Positions 50,442-58,958 of a DNA stretch of 64,000 nucleotides are shown piece by piece (position 1 is the stretch's first letter; every line of letters starts with the position of its first letter). The stretch spans positions 352,030 to 416,029 of IMG/VR virus record IMGVR_UViG_3300027896_005002; one strand, 5' to 3'. The notes beneath the pieces were generated by a model. That model made no database searches and was not told the origin of the DNA. It saw only the letters and a program-made list of their open reading frames with translations. A program made the translations under genes and the position numbers.

Positions 50442-52469
50442 CTAAAACATGGAATTTTCAAAATTTATAGTTCTGCCCTTAGGATCATCAAAATCAGGTC
50501 CTTTATCAGTTCTTATCTTATCAGCTTCTTGAAGCTCTCCATCTTTTATAACATTGTCATCTGTATAATGAGCATGTGGATTTCTTAATCCAACAAAATT
50601 TCTATAATTAAGTAAATCTAACTTCATTGATGTCACAAACTCATATCTTATATCTGTCATGTCGACACTTTCAACTGAAAAATGTTGTTGTGTCGGAATA
50701 CCTTTTATATCCGGTGTTGAAATAGGACCTATAGCATATATTTGTCCTCGTCTACGAACAATAAAATCTCTTTGCGTAATCGTTGGCGAAATTGTTGTCC
50801 ATGTTTCTTCTATATTTTCAAGTTTCATACCTCGTTCAGTCCACATTATCTTTTGATCAGACTTAAATGGCGATATTCTTATTTCATAAGGTCCTTCATA
50901 ACCACCAATAAAAGCAGTTCCCCAACATTTTTTACAAGGACCAACTTTTGCTTGTTTATGTGTGCGTTCATCTTTCAAATAACATTCACATTTCCTGCCT
51001 GTTGTCTTTTTAATAAATAATAATACTCTTTCTCCGGCTTGATCTAATAACCATGAATTTCTTCTTATTGCCTCTAAATACATATAATCTAATCGTTCAC
51101 CGTTTGCTGTCACAGGTTCACATATATTAAGTCTAGTCTCACTACCATCACTTAAAATAGTTGTAACTTTATAATGAGGTAATGCTGACAAATTCATTCT
51201 AAATAAATTGACCATATACTTATAAGTAATTGTTACAACAGATGTCGGTAATGGAACAACAGGTTCAACCCATTTATTTAAAACATTATCAAATACTCGT
51301 TCAGTTTCAAGTTTAACAATGCCCGCTAGACCATCAACAGATTTTATTGTAGCTAATCTATTATCAACAAGAACTTGAACCGATGCCGGTTTATCAGAAT
51401 ATGGATCTAGATTTGTAGTTGTATTTGTTTTATTGGTAACTATAGGAACATTTCTAACTTGGATATTATAATCACCTCTAACATCTTTTATTAATGGCAA
51501 AAATGTTAATCCATCATTTATATGAAAATAATCAAATTGTACTTCTAATGGTTTATCTGAACTTTTAGCATAAAAACTTACTTGTAAATCAATACCAGAA
51601 AATCCTAAATAAGATCTCATTAACACCCAACTACTACCATCAAAATAAGATGTTGATACATCAGTTCCTGTTCGACTTATTCTAAATTTACCTTTAAAAT
51701 CAACTGTTACAATCTCAGTTCTATCAATTATTTGTGAACTAACCATTAATGTACTAACATAATAATCAAATGCAGCAGTGCGATATCTAGATATTTTTAC
51801 AAACGAATAATCATCAATAGATACAATAAACCCGACCTCAGAATTAGATAAAACATCAGTCACAGGCCAATTAAATATTTCAAATTGTGTCTCAATATCA
51901 AATTGATCTCTCATATAAAATTTTGATCTAAAATATGCTTGTCTATTGTTTCCAAATACATCAACAAAATGAAGAGCACCAGATTGATTTATTAATCTAT
52001 CAGGATCTAATGCTTGCCATCTGCTATCATTCACAATTTGACCAGGAAAATCGGTAGCAGCATCGTCAACTTTCATTTTAAATTTAAATTGTTCTGATAC
52101 ATCTTCTTGTACAACCAAGACATTCAATGCAGAGTCTCTATAAAATGTCGTCGTTACTGGAACGTCATTTACTTTAATAAAGGTTTTGTCTTTTACAGAA
52201 TAAACATGATCTGCAGTTATCGAATCATGTGAAACAATATTCTGTAAATATTGAGCATCAACTTGTGATCGATAAATATTATAGCCAATAATATCAGAAT
52301 TCATAGGCATCATATCATCCCAACAAATATCTAATGTGTTTTTAATATAAGGAAAACTTACCGTCGCATTAGTTGGAACAATATTATTTTCTTTTGGCAC
52401 AATTGTTATTGGCGGTACAACATGACTATGTTCATGTTCAATGCAATTTTCATCATCAAAATCGCTCAT
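50442..52469 (-). CDS. Head-closure/neck-like protein with FN3 and ConA-like beta-sandwich additions
   Basis: C-terminal EAIRRNSWLLDQAGERV..KCEC...CKKCWGT..IGGY Cys-cluster domain of myovirus neck proteins; N-terminal W....IIGYNIYRS. Confidence 0.5.
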   Translation of the reverse strand: MSDFDDENCIEHEHSHVVPPITIVPKENNIVPTNATVSFPYIKNTLDICWDDMMPMNSDIIGYNIYRSQVDAQYLQNIVSHDSITADHVYSVKDKTFIKVNDVPVTTTFYRDSALNVLVVQEDVSEQFKFKMKVDDAATDFPGQIVNDSRWQALDPDRLINQSGALHFVDVFGNNRQAYFRSKFYMRDQFDIETQFEIFNWPVTDVLSNSEVGFIVSIDDYSFVKISRYRTAAFDYYVSTLMVSSQIIDRTEIVTVDFKGKFRISRTGTDVSTSYFDGSSWVLMRSYLGFSGIDLQVSFYAKSSDKPLEVQFDYFHINDGLTFLPLIKDVRGDYNIQVRNVPIVTNKTNTTTNLDPYSDKPASVQVLVDNRLATIKSVDGLAGIVKLETERVFDNVLNKWVEPVVPLPTSVVTITYKYMVNLFRMNLSALPHYKVTTILSDGSETRLNICEPVTANGERLDYMYLEAIRRNSWLLDQAGERVLLFIKKTTGRKCECYLKDERTHKQAKVGPCKKCWGTAFIGGYEGPYEIRISPFKSDQKIMWTERGMKLENIEETWTTISPTITQRDFIVRRRGQIYAIGPISTPDIKGIPTQQHFSVESVDMTDIRYEFVTSMKLDLLNYRNFVGLRNPHAHYTDDNVIKDGELQEADKIRTDKGPDFDDPKGRTINFENSMF

Positions 52470-52473
52470 AATT

Positions 52474-52959
52474 TTATTCTTTCAAAAAGTTTTCAATGAT
52501 TGGAAATAATTCATCTGCTGTATTAAAAGCATTAACATTTTGTTTTGTGTTAGTCCAAACATCAAATTGATTAACTCTCAAAAATGATTTTGATTTCAAA
52601 ATATTTTTATTATATGAATATCCAAAAATATTTGGATCAGACAATCCAAAAATAGCTATTCCTGGAGTTACCAAGCTCATACAATTGCACATATGAGGTA
52701 AAAAATTATCAACACTTATCCAAGAATAACAATCAGATAACTTTTGTTGCAACTTTTCAAATGATAACCCGTACATTACGTCATCTACATTTTGTAAAAC
52801 TTGTTCACCAAATGTACCAATCTGAATTAATTTGTAATTTAATGTTTTAAGTAATGGTATTAGTTGTATCCAATATGGATACGACTTTGGATGTGTAGGT
52901 GTAAAACTATAAGGACTAATAATAATAAAATCACCAACCTTTTTAGTTCTAATATTCAT
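52474..52959 (-). CDS. GT9 (heptosyltransferase-like) C-terminal Rossmann half
   Basis: IIISPY...KSYPYW..LI, WISVDNFLPHM and GIAIFG.SDP..FGY motifs. Confidence 0.7.
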   Translation of the reverse strand: MNIRTKKVGDFIIISPYSFTPTHPKSYPYWIQLIPLLKTLNYKLIQIGTFGEQVLQNVDDVMYGLSFEKLQQKLSDCYSWISVDNFLPHMCNCMSLVTPGIAIFGLSDPNIFGYSYNKNILKSKSFLRVNQFDVWTNTKQNVNAFNTADELFPIIENFLKE

Positions 52960-53537
52960 TTATTTTTCCATAATTTTTTATGTGATTTACTTATTTTTCT
53001 TTTAGTTTCTTCAGAATGATGAAATTTACCTTTTAAAGCTTTACTTAATTTCTCTTTTGTTTCTTTAGAAAGATGTCTACCTAACATCGGTGGTTTTTGA
53101 TTTTTTCTAGCTTCTCTTATTTTTGTTTTTGTTTCTTCTAAAAGATGTTTACCTTTCCAAAAACCTTTTCGTCCAAACATTCCATTTTTTTTACCTCTAT
53201 TAGCTTCACCGATTTTTCTTTTTCTTTCATCAGAACATGGTAATCCGCATGAACCATCACCGCCTTCAGTATCATTAGTTAATGGCCATTTTAATTTTCT
53301 ACCAAAAGCTATCCAATTTTTTTCTCTTTCCTGCCAAATATTTTCATCACATTGTTCTAAAATACAATAATTTGGTTTTAATCCTTGTTTAAGTAAAGAT
53401 TGAATCCAATAATATTTATGTGAAAGGCGCTTACTCTTAAGATGACCATTAAATCTATCATATGGATTATTTGCTTTACCAATATAACGTACTTCTAAAG
53501 TTTGAGGATCAATTAATCCATAAATAAATGTTTTCAT
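52956..53537 (-). mobile_element. Free-standing GIY-YIG homing endonuclease with NUMOD3 repeats
   Basis: FIYGLIDP...VRYIGKANNPYDRFNGH, E..WI, LTN.TEGGDG and HSEETKRKIS motifs; ATGA overlaps at both ends. Confidence 0.9.
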
Positions 53538-55267
53538 ATATTATACATTTGTTTATAAGCTTCAGCCAATGTCTTTTTCCATGCTTTATCCGTCATGAAT
53601 TTATAAACGTTGTATTGATCTATATTATTTAATAAACTTTTAGCATCTGCAATCGAAGCTTGTTTTATATTCTTTATATCATTAAAAACTTCGGGATAAG
53701 TTGTAAAAAATATGTGTGTTTTATTTTTATTTTTATTAAAATAATCATTCAAAATACTTTTAAAACAAAAATGATCTCCAATTCCATTTTCTAAAACAAC
53801 AAATGAATAATCATTTGGTCTTACATTCCACTCAAACATCTTTCGCATAAAGACTTGTTCATCTTTAAGTGCCATATTAGCAGCTTCATCATGTGATCTA
53901 TTTCCTCCTGCCGGATTACAGAAATGCCATGTTTTAGCACTTGGATCAATTAATAACTTATAACCTTTTCTCTTTATCTCATAAGTCAACATAGTTTCTT
54001 CTCTATGTCCTATAGGAGATAAATTCAAATTATAAGCTGCAATTGACTTACGATATATGAATGAGCTATATAAATGATCAACTTCTTTGATTAAATAATC
54101 AGTTTGTAAAAACCATTGATCATTTAGTCCTAGAAAAATATCTTCAATTTTATTTGATGTAATTGCTGGTGCATACTTTATTGCAGTAGAATTAATTACT
54201 AGTCCTGCAATTGCTCCAACATTATAATCAACATGTCGTATAAGTTTTTCTAATACATCATTTTCTGGTACATTATCATCATCTAGACGCCATATCCATT
54301 CAGTTTCTGCAATTTCCAATGACTTGTGATAATTTAAAACTTGACCTTTTGCTTCACCAAATATTACTTTCCAAGATATATTGTAAAAATCAAACAATGA
54401 AAAAATATGACTATATATTGGATCCGTTCTTAAGTCTTTATGTTCGTTCCAGCGTTCAGGCGGTAAAGAATCATCAAAAATAATAATGCACTTTGGTTTA
54501 TAAGTTTGATTACATACTGCAGTTAAAGTTAATGGTAAGGTTGAAAACTGACGATTTTTTGATGAAATTACACAAGTAATATCTACATTTTTTGCCTTTG
54601 TTTTTTGTATCTTTTTAAATTTATAAATCTTATTTGATCCTATACTTACTTGACCTTTGTCACCATAAACATAAAAATGATTTACTTTCATAAGTAAAAA
54701 ATTATTAAAATCAAGAAATTTTATAATCTCATCTGGCCAATGATCTTTTACTGTATGAATCTCAGCATAAATATAGTCAAGTTTATCAATAAATTCCGTT
54801 TTAAGACTCAATAAAATATCATATTCAGCACCTTCACAATCAATTTTTAAAATAAAACTTTCATCTTTATATTCTGTCATTATTGCAGATAAAGTATTTA
54901 CTTTAACAGATTCACTATTATTTTCACATTTATCAGTTGTAATAGCTAATCCACCAGTGCCAACTGTATATAATGTCTTAATTTCATTACTAATAGCTTC
55001 ATTTCTAATAATAATATTTTTAATTTTATATTTTTCAATATTTTTTGATAATTTTCCAAAATTTTTAGATTCAGGTTCTATTGCAATTATTTGCTTTGGT
55101 TTGAATTCAGATGCAAATATTGAAAACATTCCAACATTTGCACCAATATCTATTACAATTTTATTTTTTATTTCTTCTTCTTCTACACAATATGAATTTT
55201 TTACAAATACTTCATCAAAAATAAAATTATCTTCTCTTTTTAAATCAATGTACTTCTCTTCAAACAT
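53534..55267 (-). CDS. FkbM-family methyltransferase + GT2 glycosyltransferase + GT9-like N-terminal half
   Basis: VIDIGANVGMFS and LKIDCEGAEYDIL (FkbM); CVISSKNR, IIIFDDS and WIWRLDDDNVP (GT2); C-terminal VVLENGIGDHFCF (GT9 start). Confidence 0.85.
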   Translation of the reverse strand: MFEEKYIDLKREDNFIFDEVFVKNSYCVEEEEIKNKIVIDIGANVGMFSIFASEFKPKQIIAIEPESKNFGKLSKNIEKYKIKNIIIRNEAISNEIKTLYTVGTGGLAITTDKCENNSESVKVNTLSAIMTEYKDESFILKIDCEGAEYDILLSLKTEFIDKLDYIYAEIHTVKDHWPDEIIKFLDFNNFLLMKVNHFYVYGDKGQVSIGSNKIYKFKKIQKTKAKNVDITCVISSKNRQFSTLPLTLTAVCNQTYKPKCIIIFDDSLPPERWNEHKDLRTDPIYSHIFSLFDFYNISWKVIFGEAKGQVLNYHKSLEIAETEWIWRLDDDNVPENDVLEKLIRHVDYNVGAIAGLVINSTAIKYAPAITSNKIEDIFLGLNDQWFLQTDYLIKEVDHLYSSFIYRKSIAAYNLNLSPIGHREETMLTYEIKRKGYKLLIDPSAKTWHFCNPAGGNRSHDEAANMALKDEQVFMRKMFEWNVRPNDYSFVVLENGIGDHFCFKSILNDYFNKNKNKTHIFFTTYPEVFNDIKNIKQASIADAKSLLNNIDQYNVYKFMTDKAWKKTLAEAYKQMYNI

Positions 55268-55277
55268 AAACCACTCC

Positions 55278-55925
55278 TTATAGATTCCATTTATTTTGAT
55301 AATAACTTTTATCTATGCAAATATCTTTAACTGCTGATACATGATTTACTAAATGAGGTATCACTTTTATTTTATAATTATTTTTTCTCATTACATTACA
55401 ATAATCTAAATCATATAAATGAAATCCTTTTATATCTTCAGAAAATTTTAAATCAGTATTAGTTGCCATAAACATGCCATCAATATAATTTACATCATCA
55501 AAACTCTCATTAACTGTCCATAACCAAAATTCTTTCTGTTTACCACTTAATACTTGTCCCACTATATCTGATCTATTACACTCCCACCAAAAACCACGTG
55601 GATTTCCTTTAGTACCTACTAAACCAACAAGACCTGTATCTGGAAAAGAATTAAAAATAAAATCTACTCTACAAAATAATGGATTTAAATTATTATCCAT
55701 TAAATCAACATCTTCATGAATGAAAAATTTTGTTTTAAATTTACACTGTAGTATAGCTCTATTATAATTTTCACATATTGAAGTCTCTCCACAAACCTCA
55801 ACTACTTGTAAATCAGGCAATTTATTATTGTTTAAATAATCTTTAATGGGATTAAGAGATGGTAATAATACGGATTCAAAAACATCATGATTTTTTATAC
55901 TACAAATTACTGAAAACATTATCAA
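55278..55925 (-). CDS. GT2-like (GT-A) glycosyltransferase
   Basis: SICENYNRAI, FFIHEDV, DGMFMAT and GFHLYDLDYC motifs. Confidence 0.8.
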   Translation of the reverse strand: MIMFSVICSIKNHDVFESVLLPSLNPIKDYLNNNKLPDLQVVEVCGETSICENYNRAILQCKFKTKFFIHEDVDLMDNNLNPLFCRVDFIFNSFPDTGLVGLVGTKGNPRGFWWECNRSDIVGQVLSGKQKEFWLWTVNESFDDVNYIDGMFMATNTDLKFSEDIKGFHLYDLDYCNVMRKNNYKIKVIPHLVNHVSAVKDICIDKSYYQNKWNL

Positions 55926-55996
55926 GTTTCTTTTTGTTCAATTTTCTAATATCAAATATTCATATTCATATTTATTTGCATTAATTTTACTTTACT

Positions 55997-57640
55997 TTAC
56001 TTTGAATTTTGATAACAATTTATGATACAATTATAAACTTCATCAATCTCAGGTAAATAGTCACTCCAAGGACCTTCTTTAGATTCAGCGGTTGCACCAC
56101 CTTCAATCCATGTTGTTGGTCTTTGATCACAATCATCCAAAGTTAACTTCTTATATAGTGCAATTGCTCGATGATAGTTAGACACTTCACCTTGTTCAGT
56201 TTTTCTATAAGGTAATACATGATCTGGATGTTTACATGTAGGTATAAGAACAATCCAATTATTGAATGCACCTGCTATATGAACTGGAGCAGAATCATTT
56301 GACAATAAAACTGGAGCTCTAGATATAGCACTAATAAGACTTCCAACAGTCGTGCGATCAATTAAACTAAAAGAATTACTTGGTAAATCTAATTGAAATG
56401 CACCTCTATTTGTCTGATTATCAGTTCCAATTAAACAAACAGGGGCTTTAGTAGATATTTTATTTACAAGTTCTTGCCACCATTCTCTTGGAAATGTTTT
56501 ACTTTCCCAATGTCTTCCAGGATGAACAAGAACAGCTTTACTAAGATCAAAACCTTCCAATGTAGCATTTAATTCATCATCATCTTCTTTTTCTACAGAG
56601 AGTTTTATAATCTTTTCTTGCAATGGAAGAATTCTATGCATAGTGGCTAAAGAACAATAATCAACTGTATGGCACATTAAATTAGAGACAACAGAATATG
56701 TAACAGTCGTGGGATCAGGAAATGTTAACATTCTAAAATAAGGATAATCACTTTGTGATTGAAATTCCTGATGTCTACATACATTATATGGTATATGTTT
56801 AAAAAGTCTGGGCCAATGAGTTAAAATATTAACATCAGCATCTTTATAAACTTTTTTAATGTATTGTATTGTAGGTTCTGCATCAATCTGATCACCCATT
56901 CCCCCAGAAACAATTACAGCTATATGTCTTTTGTAATCATAATTTGGAGAATCTTCTCGCCATTTTTTCAAATCTTTGCCAATTAAGTCTTTAATACCTA
57001 CTGTTGTTGTAAAATACTTATAACCTGCATAATGTATAATATATGAAGCATGTCTTTCTTCACCGGAAAAATCTAAACATGTCATTCGATTAAATTTATA
57101 AGACAAATCGTACATTAAAGATTTATCTTCAGGAATTCTTCCAGCTTCATCAAGAGCAATTGTTAAATTCAAATAACCTTGTTCAAAATAGCTTGAAAAT
57201 TCTAAATCAGGTTTTTTAAAAATATGTCTATGACATTTTGATGCAATAATCACTCCAGTGTTATAATATTTGCCATTCCATCGAAGCTTTTCATAGTTCA
57301 CACCATAAGCTTGAGATGTTTCTACCAAAGAATATTCACGAGAAACAAACTTAGCTTCATTAAACATTCCAAGTTGACCATAAGGAACTTTATCAAATAA
57401 ATTGGGACAGTCATCACGAATAATAAGATCAGTATCAAGATAAATAATTCTATCAAATTTATTAAGAAGGTCTGCTATTCTAAATTTTTCCCAATGTGGA
57501 GTCGATGAAAAAGACACACCATTAAGAATAATAAATTCTGCTCCTATTTTGTCAGCATAAGCTTTTAAAATAGGATGTGTAAATTCCGCTAATGATTCAC
57601 TTTCTTCACCTATGCACAATGTAACTATTGCATATTTCAT
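55997..57640 (-). CDS. GT8-like + GT9 bifunctional glycosyltransferase
   Basis: IIYLDTDLII, YYNTGVI and YIIHYAG (GT8); GGMGDQI, VLVHPG..W.SK.FP..WW and LLSNDSAPVHIAGAF (GT9). Confidence 0.85.
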   Translation of the reverse strand: MKYAIVTLCIGEESESLAEFTHPILKAYADKIGAEFIILNGVSFSSTPHWEKFRIADLLNKFDRIIYLDTDLIIRDDCPNLFDKVPYGQLGMFNEAKFVSREYSLVETSQAYGVNYEKLRWNGKYYNTGVIIASKCHRHIFKKPDLEFSSYFEQGYLNLTIALDEAGRIPEDKSLMYDLSYKFNRMTCLDFSGEERHASYIIHYAGYKYFTTTVGIKDLIGKDLKKWREDSPNYDYKRHIAVIVSGGMGDQIDAEPTIQYIKKVYKDADVNILTHWPRLFKHIPYNVCRHQEFQSQSDYPYFRMLTFPDPTTVTYSVVSNLMCHTVDYCSLATMHRILPLQEKIIKLSVEKEDDDELNATLEGFDLSKAVLVHPGRHWESKTFPREWWQELVNKISTKAPVCLIGTDNQTNRGAFQLDLPSNSFSLIDRTTVGSLISAISRAPVLLSNDSAPVHIAGAFNNWIVLIPTCKHPDHVLPYRKTEQGEVSNYHRAIALYKKLTLDDCDQRPTTWIEGGATAESKEGPWSDYLPEIDEVYNCIINCYQNSK

Positions 57641-58858
57641 CTATCTTAAGTCCCTTGCTGGTCTGCCCCATGTTCCAGACGCATTAATGTTTGATAATAA
57701 TGATCTTTTCCAAGTTCCCGCAACATTAACCCATAATATAGGTCTACGTTTCCATACTCCTGCTATATTTATCATTATGTCAATTCCTGTTTGCATTGTT
57801 ACGAAACTATGAGCACCAATAACTGCAACAGGAGATGAATAATTAGTAAGTGTATTATTACCAATTTGTCCAAATGTATTTGTTCCCCAACCCCAAATAG
57901 TCCCAGTACTTTTCAAACCAAATATGCATGGTCCTCCAGTAGTTCTAATTTGAATAAAACTATGAGCACCTATTACTGCTACAGGTGATGAATAAGAATT
58001 TGTTGTGTTATTTCCTATTCCATTACCAAAACCCCATGTCCAAACAGTTCCATCAGATTTTAAACCAGCAGTCGTAAAATTTGTAGCTTGTTGAATATCA
58101 ATAAAACTATGAGCACCTACAACTTGTACAGGTGACGAATAAGACGTAAGATTATTAGTACCAAGTTCGCCATAAGAATTACTTCCCCAACACCATACTT
58201 GTCCTGTTGATTTTAATCCAAATGTTGCATATGTACCCAAAGCAAATGCAATAAAACTATGATTACCAACAACAGCCACTGGAGATGTTTTTGCAGTTAT
58301 ACTATTATCACCTAATTGACCAAATCCATTAGAACCCCAAGTCCATAAACTACCATCAGCCTTTAACCCAGCAGAAAAATTAGCAGAAGTTATACCACCA
58401 GTTCTGATTACTCGAAAACTATGACTTCCTACAACCTGAACTGGAGAAGAACGATTTGTAAATGTTCCATCACCTAATCCTGCAGCTTGATTATTTCCCC
58501 AAGCCCAAGCTTGTCCATTAACTTTTAATCCCATACACAAACGAGCACCTGTTATAACTTGAATAAAACTATGAGCCCCTACAATAGTTACTGGAGAAGA
58601 ATAGGAATTTGCAGTATTATTTCCTATTTGTCCATAATCATTTGCACCCGTTACCCAAGCAGAACCATCTTGTTTAAGTCCAATGTCATTTGTAAGTCCT
58701 GCTTCAATTATCATAAAACTATGAGCGCCTAAAACAGCAACTGGGGAAGAATAAGATGTTGGTTGAGTATTAATGCCTATTTGACCATAAGAATTACAAC
58801 CCCATGACCACATTAACCCGCCGGTTTTATAAGCCGTCATATTATTTGCACTACCCAT
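57641..58858 (-). CDS. RCC1/BLIP-II-like 7-bladed beta-propeller, putative fibre-tip adhesin
   Basis: Seven GLK.DG..W.WG.N..GQ.G.N....YSSPV.V.G.HSF repeats plus three C-terminal N(I/V/A)(A/S)G.W units. Confidence 0.85.
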   Translation of the reverse strand: MGSANNMTAYKTGGLMWSWGCNSYGQIGINTQPTSYSSPVAVLGAHSFMIIEAGLTNDIGLKQDGSAWVTGANDYGQIGNNTANSYSSPVTIVGAHSFIQVITGARLCMGLKVNGQAWAWGNNQAAGLGDGTFTNRSSPVQVVGSHSFRVIRTGGITSANFSAGLKADGSLWTWGSNGFGQLGDNSITAKTSPVAVVGNHSFIAFALGTYATFGLKSTGQVWCWGSNSYGELGTNNLTSYSSPVQVVGAHSFIDIQQATNFTTAGLKSDGTVWTWGFGNGIGNNTTNSYSSPVAVIGAHSFIQIRTTGGPCIFGLKSTGTIWGWGTNTFGQIGNNTLTNYSSPVAVIGAHSFVTMQTGIDIMINIAGVWKRRPILWVNVAGTWKRSLLSNINASGTWGRPARDLR

Positions 58859-58958
58859 ATTACTCCTTAGAATCTATAGACTAAGTATATGCAATCTACT
58901 TAAATAAGAAAGCTATAATTTCAGAAATTATTTGAGTTTTTGTCATAAGATCCCTACT

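Noticed and set aside
15476-53537. Group I introns around the three endonuclease genes
   Set aside because: The endonuclease ORFs overlap or abut their neighbours, leaving no room for a ribozyme core.
642-57812. Short plus-strand and nested minus-strand ORFs (60-113 aa)
   Set aside because: They lie within longer, motif-supported genes and show no SD or recognisable motifs.
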